Source: Nemertoderma westbladi | Lineage: Eukaryota > Animalia > Xenacoelomorpha | Assembly: GCA_032718475.1 (NCBI GenBank) | Contig: JAUCBJ010001381.1 | Coordinates: forward strand, 27,577-91,576 | Reading direction: 5' to 3' | Length of the DNA stretch: 64,000 bases | Shown here: piece after piece, positions 34,601 to 46,100 of the stretch | Layout: every line of letters begins with the position of its first letter | How positions within the stretch are numbered: position 1 is the stretch's first letter | Translations under genes and position numbers: made by a program | The notes under the pieces: generated by a model | Databases searched by the model: none | What the model saw: the letters and a program-made list of their open reading frames with translations, nothing else | Told to the model about the DNA's origin: nothing

Positions 34601-37102
34601 GCTTTGTCTCGCATTGCATATGGTATTTGACGCGCAGCATGGATTGCAAATGGTTTTACTTCAGATTTCAATGTTATGGTCATTGGTGAACCAACAATGT
34701 TTCCCTTCATTGGACGTAGTTCGGTAGAATCATCGAAAACTTTATGGTATACAGTTTGTAATTTTTCTGTTATCATTTCAATGAGGTCTGGCGTTAGATG
34801 GTGAACATTTGGTATAGTTTTAATCCATTCCTCTCGTTTCTGCCATACTGGTTTATGCTTATCATTGGAAGCTATTGTTTGAGTTGTATCAACTGTGTTG
34901 AAATCAGTGGAATCTTTTATACCACTTATGTGATTTGTATATGATGGATTTGGGAATTCAGGTGGTATAATGTGCAGTGCTTGACATGTCTCAAGTGATA
35001 GATAAAATCCAACAACATCGTAACATACCACAACCAAGGTAGTTGTTTGTTTATTACCAGCGGTTATAGAAGCTTTAAATGTACCAATTTGTTCTAAGCT
35101 TTTTCCAGCAACCGATGATAAATTATGCTTCAGTTTTGGTTCAAGAACCAATTTATTAACGATACCTGTATTGTTGAATGTTTCCAAACCCATTACAGTT
35201 CTCCCAGCTCCTGTATCAGCCAGTGCAGTAACAGTAATTGGTGATACTAGACCTTCTGGGATTATGTTTACGTTTAAATATGCATTATTTCTTTTTACTA
35301 TTGTGTTAATTTCACTATTAATTATATCTATATTGTCGTAATTATCGTAATTGTTAAAAATTGTTAATATGTTTAACTCACCATCATCGTTGTTAAATGT
35401 GGGGGAATCTTCATCCTGTTCATCAGATATGGATGAAAATTCATCGTTTGACTCTGAAATGCAAATTGCCCTTATTGATTTCGAAGGACAAACTGGGGCA
35501 AAATGTCCGATTCCACCACAACAAATACATTTCGACCGCGATGCTGGACAAGGTTTCGATTTATCCCGATGATTATTTTGACCACAGTGGAAACAGCGTT
35601 GATAAGTATTTTTAGGATTGCTGTTTTTCTCGTGGATTTCCGTCTTCTGTGTGTTAAATAATCTCCCATTTGATTGGTTCGTTTTCCATTTACGTTTATT
35701 GTAATCAGTTTTTGTTGTGTTTACACTATTATCATTTGAATAATATGTGCCTTTGATCGCCCCGAGAGATAAGGTTGCAATTCGAGCGGTTTCTAGTCCT
35801 ATGATAAATTTCCGTGATTCATTGAAACTCAAAGGAGGGTCCTTGGCAATGAGTTTTTCTTTATCTTCTTCTTCTGACATTGCAAGAATTAATAATGCTG
35901 TGTGTAAACGGTCCGTTGTAACAGTTTTTGTATTAGCATATTCTCCTAATTCTTCGATTTCATTGCAAAGTGACGTATATGTTTGTCTGTCTTTCTGCTT
36001 TATGGTTAACAGAGCACGCCAGTCAAGATTGGTATTTCGTAGAGATCGTAAATAATCTTTTATATCGTTTTGAATTTCGTCTACATTTAGATCTGTGTTT
36101 GCTGGAATTCCCAATGTTCTATTAACAATCTTCAGGAAACCTGGGGAACAACAATCCCAGAATGCTGATAACTGAACATCGTGTGTGCGTTGACTGAGGG
36201 CCATTAGGTTTGAATAATTTATCCATAAAGGTATCCATTCATTAAATTTCCTGAAATCAGTATCTGATTCGAGAATAGGGGGTCTGCGTGGTGAAAGTTT
36301 TGGATGTTCAGAATTATTGCGATTCAGACCTCTATTATCGTCTGCGTATTCTGCAGTTAAACCAATTGTTGCGGTCCTGGCAGCAATTGCGTTTTCTCGT
36401 GCCTGCTTGCATTTTATATGTGCTTCAATATCGGCAAGTTTCTCTTTTGCTTGAAGCAATATTTCTTCCCAATTATCGATGTCATTATCGGCATCCGTTT
36501 CTGTACTTCCTGTACAGCATGTTACCATTGTATCAGCATCTCGGAATTTTTCGAATTTTTTCTCCCAATCTATGATTCTAGTAGCAATCGATGTTGGGTA
36601 TATACCTTCGGTGCTTGTTAATGCTTCATAATGCTGGATTGCATCTAAACCGGCTTTAGATGCTCGCGTCACTGCTGACTTATATCCACGACGTGAAGCC
36701 TTTAAACTCTTTAACTCAGACATAACAGGTATGCTTTACAGCATAAATTACTGTACCGGTATCGAGGATACAAACCCCGTTATGCCGTTGCCAGCTACTG
36801 CTACCGGCAGACCGGTACTATATCTGTCAGTCTGTGTATTATAATGTAAATCAATTACCGGTATTGTTTACTACCGTAAATATTTAGTCTTTAATCTATA
36901 TAGATTCAATAATATCTCGCAGCGCCATGTAATGTTCGCTACACAGCGAATCATGAAAGGATAAACTACCCATTCAGATGTCTGACTAAAAGAGGGGAAT
37001 CCGCTATACAGCAGTAACTTCCATGTATATTCAGAACTAAGAACAGCACATAATATATTTGAATCTCCCGCCACCATTGGATATCTTAGATCGACTATAA
37101 CA
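31649..37102 (-). mobile_element. Intact Gypsy (Mag-like) LTR retrotransposon inserted in the satellite
   Basis: Apparently identical 175-bp LTRs (31649-31823, 36928-37102); 5-bp TSD CTAAG; tRNA-Ser-like PBS TGGCGCTGCGAG; PPT AAAAAAAGGAGAG. Confidence 0.97.
31987..36723 (-). CDS. Mag-like Gag-Pol polyprotein, 1578 aa, uninterrupted
   Basis: CFHCG..CPA..CICCGGIGHFAPVC, ADTGA protease, VRICADLTKLN, VIDD RT motif, TDAS RNase H, HASHQG..C..C, TDQGPQY, HPQGNGHAE. Confidence 0.96.
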   Translation of the reverse strand: MSELKSLKASRRGYKSAVTRASKAGLDAIQHYEALTSTEGIYPTSIATRIIDWEKKFEKFRDADTMVTCCTGSTETDADNDIDNWEEILLQAKEKLADIEAHIKCKQARENAIAARTATIGLTAEYADDNRGLNRNNSEHPKLSPRRPPILESDTDFRKFNEWIPLWINYSNLMALSQRTHDVQLSAFWDCCSPGFLKIVNRTLGIPANTDLNVDEIQNDIKDYLRSLRNTNLDWRALLTIKQKDRQTYTSLCNEIEELGEYANTKTVTTDRLHTALLILAMSEEEDKEKLIAKDPPLSFNESRKFIIGLETARIATLSLGAIKGTYYSNDNSVNTTKTDYNKRKWKTNQSNGRLFNTQKTEIHEKNSNPKNTYQRCFHCGQNNHRDKSKPCPASRSKCICCGGIGHFAPVCPSKSIRAICISESNDEFSSISDEQDEDSPTFNNDDGELNILTIFNNYDNYDNIDIINSEINTIVKRNNAYLNVNIIPEGLVSPITVTALADTGAGRTVMGLETFNNTGIVNKLVLEPKLKHNLSSVAGKSLEQIGTFKASITAGNKQTTTLVVVCYDVVGFYLSLETCQALHIIPPEFPNPSYTNHISGIKDSTDFNTVDTTQTIASNDKHKPVWQKREEWIKTIPNVHHLTPDLIEMITEKLQTVYHKVFDDSTELRPMKGNIVGSPMTITLKSEVKPFAIHAARQIPYAMRDKAKKALEYMVEREIIEPVGDIPTSWCHPIVVTPKQNGEVRICADLTKLNTQVERTAYHTKTPAEAISGFSLNDRFFSKIDLVKGYWQMPLDSAAQDLTVFITPFGKYKYLRSPMGFVSTGDSYSFRGDHAMAGINVQKVIDDIGIGTSTLPDLIRTVCNVLERCAYHNLTVNKSKSIMCAEQINFVGYHISYGEISIDQRKTSAISDFPVPTTRSDLRSFLGLVNQLGSFSKEISSATTPLRQLLSTKNNFTWMEEHSIAFKKTKQILLSPPILGMFDPTAETILKTDASRLNGLGFALLQKQAGVQKLIQCGSRFLKDVETRYAVIELEALAITWAIKKCHVYLAGIPQFTVITDHKPLVQIFNNYGLIEIDNTRILNYRSRLSDYSFSVVWEHGKQHSIPDALSRAPVLEPDIDDDLIEMENSALHAIDTNIAAFEIPDLIVDDLRKCADRDINYQELITAISNNFQNTNNNGYIQKFKSIRNDLSIENGIVLKGHQIVIPPTSVNDILRKLHASHQGIDRTKRRARQSVYWPGYSTDITNTVNKCLECQKYRSSLPHEPLLQAHIPKRAFVSVSSDFYQLSTQYYIIYADRYSGYLLVEKFPSAPSATDTIKVLRRLFAMLGIPNTLTTDQGPQYAAETMSKFLQTWGVKWTPSSPKHPQGNGHAEANVKKAKYLLAKTGGNIESHEFQSGMLELYNTPNSDGLSPAQRVFGHPTRTLIPTHWRAYSPEWQRSADLSDHRRLDTAEKQKYYYNRSAFALTPISTNTTVLVQNTSTNKWDRIAKVIETANDRRYRLRFPSGRNLWRNRRFIRPVQAELINHSDNMAQSNYNSSDNSMDNTIDLDSPSVRRSARDKCQPNRLDYSQLGGNI

Positions 37103-40100
37103 CTAAGCACCATCTAGAACCATTCACACCAGATCCCCTAAGCGCCATCTAGAACCATTCACACCAGATCCCCTAATCGCCCACCTAGAACCATCCACAC
37201 CAGATCCCCTAAGCGCCATCGAGAACCATCCACACCAGATCCCCTAAGCACCATCTAGAACCATTCACACCAGATCCCCTAAGCGCCATCTTGAACCATC
37301 CACACCAGATCCCCTAATCGCCCATCTAGAACCATCCACACCAGTTCCCCTCCGCCCATCTAGAACCATCCACACCAGATCCCCCAAGCGCCCATCTAGA
37401 ACCATCCACACCAGATCCCCTAAGCGCCATCTATAACCATCCACACCAGTTCCCCTCCGCCCATCTAGAACCATCCACACCAGATCCCCCAAGCGCCCAT
37501 CTAGAACCATCCACACCAGATCCCCTAAGCGCCATCTATAACCATCCACACCAGTTCCCCTCCGCCCATCTAGAACCATCCACACCAGATCCCCCAAGCG
37601 CCCATCTAGAACCATCCACACCAGATCCCCTAAGCGCCATCTATAACCATCCACACCAGATCCCCTAAGCGCCATCGAGAACCATCCACACCAGATCCCC
37701 TAAGCACCATCTAGAACCATCCACACCAGATCCCCTAAGCGCCCATCTAGAACCATCCACACCAGATCCCCTAAGCGCCCATCTAGAACCATCCACACCA
37801 GATCCCCTAATCGCCCACCTAGAACCAACCACACCAGATCCCCTAAGCGCCATCTAGAACCATCCTTACCAGATCCCCTAAGCGCCCATCTAGAACCATC
37901 CACACCAGATCCCCTAAGCGCCCATCTAGAACCACCCACACCAGATCCCCTAAGCACCATCTAGAACCAACCACACCAGATCCCCTAAGCGCCCATCTAG
38001 AACCAACCAAACCAGATCCCCTAAGCGCCCATCTAGAACCATCCACACCAGATCCCCTAATCGCCCACCTAGAACCATCCACACCAGATCCCCTAAGCAC
38101 CATCTAGAACCATCCACACCAGATCCCCTAAGCGCCCATCTAGAACCATCCACACCAGATCCCCTAAGCACCATCTAGAACCAACCACACCAGATCCCCT
38201 AAGCGCCCATCTAGAACCAACCAAACCAGATCCCCTAAGCGCCCATCTAGAACCATCCACACCAGATCCCCTAAGCGCCCATATAGAACCATCCACACCA
38301 GATCCCCTAAGCGCCCATCTAGAACCATCCACACCAGATCCCCTAAGCGCCCATCTAGAACCATCCACACCAGATCCCCTAAGCGCCCATCTAGAACCAT
38401 CCACACCAGATCCCCTAAGCGCCCATATAGAACCATCCACACCAGATCCCCTAAGCGCCCATCTAGAACCACCCACACCAGATCCCCTAAGCACCATCTA
38501 GAACCAACCACACCAGATCCCCTAAGCGCCCATCTAGAACCAACCAAACCAGATCCCCTAAGCGCCCATCTAGAACCATCCACACCAGATCCCCTAATCG
38601 CCCACCTAGAACCATCCACACCAGATCCCCTAAGCACCATCTAGAACCATCCACACCAGATCCCCTAAGCGCCCATCTAGAACCATCCACACCAGATCCC
38701 CTAAGCACCATCTAGAACCAACCACACCAGATCCCCTAAGCGCCCATCTAGAACCAACCAAACCAGATCCCCTAAGCGCCCATCTAGAACCATCCACACC
38801 AGATCCCCTAAGCGCCCATCTAGAACCATCCACACCAGATCCCCTAAGCGCCCATCTAGAACCATCCACACCAGATCCCCTAAGCGCCCATCTAGAACCA
38901 TCCACACCAGATCCCCTAAGCGCCCATCTAGAACCATCCACACCAGATCCCCTAAGCGCCCATCTAGAACCATCCACACCAGATCCCCTAAGCGCCCATA
39001 TAGAACCATCCACACCAGATCCCCTAAGCGCCCATCTAGAACCACCCACACCAGATCCCCTAAGCACCATCTAGAACCAACCACACCAGATCCCCTAAGC
39101 GCCCATCTAGAACCAACCAAACCAGATCCCCTAAGCGCCATCTAGAACCATCCACACCAGATCCCCTAATCGCCCACCTAGAACCATCCACACCAGATCC
39201 CCTAAGCACCATCTAGAACCATCCACACCAGATCCCCTAAGCGCCCATCTAGAACCATCCACACCAGATCCCCTAAGCACCATCTAGAACCAACCACACC
39301 AGATCCCCTAAGCGCCCATCTAGAACCAACCAAACCAGATCCCCTAAGCGCCCATCTAGAACCAACCACACCAGTTCCCCTCCGCCCATCTAGAACCATC
39401 CACACCAGATCCCCTAAGCGCCCATCTAGAACCATCCACACCAGATCCCCTAAGCGCCCATCTAGAACCATCCACACCAGATCCCCTAATCGCCCACCTA
39501 GAACCATCCACACCAGATCCCCTAAGCACCATCTAGAACCATCCACACCAGATCCCCTAAGCGCCATCTAGAACCATCCACACCAGATCCCCTAAGCGCC
39601 ATCTAGAACCATCCACACCAGATCCCCTAATCGCCCACCTAGAACCATCCACACCAGATCCCCTAAGCGCCATCGAGAACCATCCACACCAGATCCCCTA
39701 AGCACCATCTAGAACCATTCACACCAGATCCCCTAAGCGCCATCTAGAACCATTCACACCAGATCCCCTAATCGCCCACCTAGAACCATCCACACCAGAT
39801 CCCCTAAGCGCCATCGAGAACCATCCACACCAGATCCCCTAAGCACCATCTAGAACCATTCACACCAGATCCCCTAAGCGCCATCTTGAACCATCCACAC
39901 CAGATCCCCTAATCGCCCATCTAGAACCATCCACACCAGTTCCCCTCCGCCCATCTAGAACCATCCACACCAGATCCCCCAAGCGCCCATCTAGAACCAT
40001 CCACACCAGATCCCCTAAGCGCCATCTATAACCATCCACACCAGTTCCCCTCCGCCCATCTAGAACCATCCACACCAGTTCCCCTAAGCGCCCATCTAGA

Positions 40101-43100
40101 ACCATCCACACCAGATCCCCCAAGCGCCCATCTAGAACCATCCACACCAGATCCCCTAAGCGCCATCTATAACCATCCACACCAGATCCCCTAAGCGCCA
40201 TCTATAACCATCCACACCAGATCCCCTAAGCGCCATCTAGAACCATCCACACCAGATCCCCTAATCGCCCATCTAGAACCATCCACACCAGTTCCCCTCC
40301 GCCCATCTAGAACCATCCACACCAGATCCCCCAAGCGCCCATCTAGAACCATCCACACCAGATCCCCTAAGCGCCATCTATAACCATCCACACCAGATCC
40401 CCTAAGCGCCCATCTAGAACCATCCACACCAGATCCCCTAAGCGCCCATCTAGAACCATCCACACCAGATCCCCTAAGCGCCCATCTAGAACCATCCACA
40501 CCAGATCCCCTAAGCGCCATCTATAACCATCCACACCAGATCCCCTAAGCGCCCATCTAGAACCATCCACACCAGATCCCCTAAGCGCCCATCTAGAACC
40601 ATCCACACCAGATCCCCTAAGCGCCATCTAGAACCATCCACACCAGATCCCCTAAGCGCCCATCTAGAACCATCCACACCAGATCGCCTAAGCGCCCATC
40701 TAGAACCATCCACACCAGATCCCCTAATCGCCCATCTAGAACCATCCACACCAGTTCCCCTCCGCCCATCTAGAACCATCCACACCAGATCCCCCAAGCG
40801 CCCATCTAGAACCATCCACACCAGATCCCCTAAGCGCCATCTATAACCATCCACACCGGATCCCCTAATCGCCCATCTAGAACCATCCACACCAGTTCCC
40901 CTCCGCCCATCTAGAACCATCCACACCAGATCCCCTAAGCGCCATCTAGAACCATCCACACCAGATCCCCCAAGCGCCCATCTAGAACCATCCACACCAG
41001 ATCCCCTAAGCGCCCCTCTAGAACCATCCACACCAGATCCCCTAAGCGCCCATCTAGAACCACCCACACCAGATCCCCTAAGCGAAATCTAGAACCATCC
41101 ACACCAGATCCCCTAAGCGCCCATCTAGAACCATCCTCACCAGATCCCCTAAGCGCCCCTCTAGAACCATCCACACCAGATCCCCTAAGCGCCCATCTAG
41201 AACCACCCACACCAGATCCCCTAAGCGAAATCTAGAACCATCCACACCAGATCCCCCAAGCGCCCATCTAGAACCACCCACACCAGATCCCCTAAGCGAA
41301 ATCTAGAACCATCCACACCAGATCCCCTAAGCGCCCATCTAGAACCATCCACACCAGATCCCCTAAGCGCCCATCTAGAACCATCCACACCAGATCCCCC
41401 AAGCGCCCCTCTAGAACCATCCACACCAGATCCCCTAAGCGCCCATCTAGAACCACCCACACCAGATCCCCTAAGCGAACATCTAGAACCATCCACACCA
41501 GATCCCCTAAGCGCCCATCTAGAACCACCCACACCAGATCCCCTAAGCGAAATCTAGAACCATCCACACCAGATCCCCTAAGCGCCCATCCAGAACCATC
41601 CACACCAGATCCCCTAAGCGCCCATCTAGAACCATCCACACCAGATCCCCCAAGCGCCCATCTAGAACCATCCACACCAGATCCCCTAAGCGCCCCTCTA
41701 GAACCATCCACACCAGATCCCCTAAGCGCCCATCTAGAACCACCCACACCAGATCCCCTAAGCGAAATCTAGAACCATCCACACCAGATCCCCCAAGCGC
41801 CCATCTAGAACCATCCACACCAGATCCCCTAAGCGCCCCTCTAGAACCATCCACACCAGATCCCCTAAGCGCCCATCTAGAACCATCCACACCAGATCCC
41901 CTAAGCGCCATCTAGAACCATCCACACCAGATCCCCTAAGCGCCCATCTAGAACCATCCACACCAGATCCCCTAAGCGCCCATCTAGAACCATCCACACC
42001 AGATCCCCTAAGCGCCATCTAGAACCATCCACACCAGATCCCCCAAGCGCCCATCTAGAACCATCCACACCAGATCCCCTAAGCGCCCCTCTAGAACCAT
42101 CCACACCAGATCCCCTAAGCGCCCATCTAGAACCATCCACACCAGATCCCCTAAGCGCCATCTAGAACCATCCACACCAGATCCCCTAAGCGCCCCTCTA
42201 GAACCATCCACACCAGATCCCCTAAGCGCCCATCTAGAACCATCCACACCAGATCCCCTAAGCGCCCATCTAGAACCATCCACACCAGATCCCCTAAGCG
42301 CCATCTAGAACCATCCACACCAGATCCCCTAAGCGCCCATCTAGAACCATCCACACCAGATCCCCTAAGCGCCATCTAGAACCATCCACACCAGATCCCC
42401 TAAGCGCCCCTCTAGAACCATCCACACCAGATCCCCTAAGCGCCCATCTAGAACCATCCACACCAGATCCCCTAAGCGCCCATCTAGAACCATCCACACC
42501 AGATCCCCTAAGCGCCCCTCTAGAACCATCCACACCAGATCCCCTAAGCGCCCATCTAGAACCATCCACACCAGATCCCCTAAGCGCCATCTAGAACCAT
42601 CCACACCAGATCCCCCAAGCGCCCATCTAGAACCATCCACACCAGATCCCCTAAGCGCCCCTCTAGAACCATCCACACCAGATCCCCTAAGCGCCCATCT
42701 AGAACCATCCACACCAGATCCCCTAAGCGCCATCTAGAACCATCCACACCAGATCCCCCAAGCGCCCATCTAGAACCATCCACACCAGATCCCCTAAGCG
42801 CCATCTAGAACCATCCACACCAGATCCCCTAAGCGCCCATCTAGAACCATCCACACCAGATCCCCTAAGCGCCATCTAGAACCATCCACACCAGATCCCC
42901 TCAAGCGCCCATCTAGAACCATCCACACCAGATCCCCTAAGCGCCATCTAGAACCATCCACACCAGATCCCCTAAGCGCCCATCTAGAACCATCCACACC
43001 AGATCCCCTAAGCGCCCATCTAGAACCATCCACACCAGATCCCCTAAGCGCCATCTAGAACCATCCACACCAGATCCCCTAAGCGCCCCTCTAGAACCAT

Positions 43101-46100
43101 CCACACCAGATCCCCTAAGCGCCCCTCTAGAACCATCCACACCAGATCCCCTAAGCGCCATCTAGAACCATCCACACCAGATCCCCTAAGCGCCCATCTA
43201 GAACCATCCACACCAGATCCCCTAAGCGCCATCTAGAACCATCCACACCAGATCCCCTAAGCGCCCATCTAGAACCATCCACACCAGATCCCCTAAGCGC
43301 CCCTCTAGAACCATCCACACCAGATCCCCTAAGCGCCCCTCTAGAACCATCCACACCAGATCCCCTAAGCGCCCATCTAGAACCATCCACACCAGATCCC
43401 CTAAGCGCCCCTCTAGAACCATCCACACCAGATCCCCTAAGCGCCATCTAGAACCATCCACACCAGATCCCCTAAGCGCCCATCTAGAACCATCCACACC
43501 AGATCCCCTAAGCGCCATCTAGAACCATCCACACCAGATCCCCTAAGCGCCATCTAGAACCATCCACACCAGTTCCCCTCCGCCCATCTAGAACCATCCA
43601 CACCAGATCCCCCAAGCGCCCATCTAGAACCATCCACACCAGATCCCCTAAGCGCCATCTATAACCATCCACACCAGATCCCCTAAGCGCCCATCTAGAA
43701 CCATCCACACCAGATCCCCTAAGCGCCATCTAGAACCATCCACACCAGATCCCCCAAGCGCCCCTCTAGAACCATCCACACCAGATCCCCTAAGCGCCCA
43801 TCTAGAACCATCCACACCAGATCCCCTAAGCGCCCATCTAGAACCATCCACACCAGTTCCCCTCCGCCCATCTAGAACCATCCACACCAGATCCCCTAAG
43901 CGCCCATCTAGAACCATCCACACCAGATCCCCTAAGCGCCATCTAGAACCATCCACACCAGATCCCCTAAGCGCCATCTAGAACCATCCACACCAGATCC
44001 CCTAAGCGCCCATCTAGAACCATCCACACCAGATCCCCTAAGCGCCCATCTAGAACCATCCACACCAGATCCCCTCAGCGCCCATCTAGAACCATCCACA
44101 CCAGATCCCCTAAGCGCCATCTAGAACCATCCACACCAGATCCCCTAAGCGCCCATCTAGAACCATCCACACCAGATCCCCTAAGCGCCCATCTAGAACC
44201 ATCCACACCAGATCCCCTAAGCGCCATCTAGAACCATCCACACCAGATCCCCTAAGCGCCCATCTAGAACCATCCACACCAGATCCCCTAAGCGCCCATC
44301 TAGAACCATCCACACCAGATCCCCTAAGCGCCCATCTAGAACCATCCACACCAGATCCCCTAAGCGCCATCTAGAACCATCCACACCAGATCCCCTAAGC
44401 GCCCATCTAGAACCATCCACACCAGATCCCCTAAGCGCCCATCTAGAACCATCCACACCAGATCCCCTAAGCGCCCATCTAGAACCATCCACACCAGATC
44501 CCCTAAGCGCCCATCTAGAACCATCCACACCAGATCCCCTAAGCGCCCATCTAGAACCATCCACACCAGATCCCCTAAGCGCCCATCTAGAACCATCCAC
44601 ACCAGATCCCCTAAGCGCCCCTCTAGAACCATCCACACCAGATCCCCTAAGCGCCCATCTAGAACCATCCACACCAGATCCCCTAAGCGCCATCTAGAAC
44701 CATCCACACCAGATCCCCTAAGCGCCCCTCTAGAACCATCCACACCAGATCCCCTAAGCGCCATCTAGAACCATCCACACCAGATCCCCTAAGCGCCCAT
44801 CTAGAACCATCCACACCAGATCCCCTAAGCGCTCATCTAGAACCATCCACACCAGATCCCCTAAGCGCCATCTAGAACCATCCACACCAGATCCCCTAAG
44901 CGCCCATCTAGAACCATCCACACCAGATCCCCTAAGCGCCATCTAGAACCATCCACACCAGATCCCCTAAGCGCCATCTAGAACCATCCACACCAGATCC
45001 CCTAAGCGCCCATCTAGAACCATCCACACCAGATCCCCTAAGCGCCATCTAGAACCATCCACACCAGATCCCCTAAGCGCCCCTCTAGAACCATCCACAC
45101 CAGATCCCCTAAGCGCCCCTCTAGAACCATCCACACCAGATCCCCTAAGCGCCATCTAGAACCATCCACACCAGATCCCCTAAGCGCCCCTCTAGAACCA
45201 TCCACACCAGATCCCCTAAGCGCCATCTAGAACCATCCACACCAGATCCCCTAAGCGCCCATCTAGAACCATCCACACCAGATCCCCTAAGCGCCATCTA
45301 GAACCATCCACACCAGATCCCCTAAGCGCCATCTAGAACCATCCACACCAGATCCCCTAAGCGCCCATCTAGAACCATCCACACCAGATCCCCTAAGCGC
45401 CATCTAGAACCATCCACACCAGATCCCCTAAGCGCCCCTCTAGAACCATCCACACCAGATCCCCTAAGCGCCCATCTAGAACCATCCACACCAGATCCCC
45501 TAAGCGCCATCTAGAACCATCCACACCAGATCCCCTAAGCGCCCATCTAGAACCATCCACACCAGATCCCCTAAGCGCCCCTCTAGAACCATCCACACCA
45601 GATCCCCTAAGCGCCCCGCTAGAACCATCCACACCAGATCCCCTAAGCGCCATCTAGAACCATCCACACCAGATCCCCTAAGCGCCCCTCTAGAACCATC
45701 CACACCAGATCCCCTAAGCGCCCCTCTAGAACCATCCACACCAGATCCCCTAGCGCCCCTCTAGAACCATCCACACCAGATCCCCTAAGCGCCCCTCTAG
45801 AACCATCCACACCAGATCCCCTAAGCGCCATCTAGAACCATCCACACCAGATCCCCTAAGCGCCCCTCTAGAACCATCCACACCAGATCCCCTAAGCGCC
45901 CCGCTAGAACCATCCACACCAGATCCCCTAAGCGCCATCTAGAACCATCCACACCAGATCCCCTAAGCGCCCCTCTAGAACCATCCACACCAGATCCCCT
46001 AAGCGCCCCTCTAGAACCATCCACACCAGATCCCCTAAGCGCCCCTCTAGCACCATCCACACCAGATCCCCTAAGCGCCCCTCTAGAACCATCCACACCA

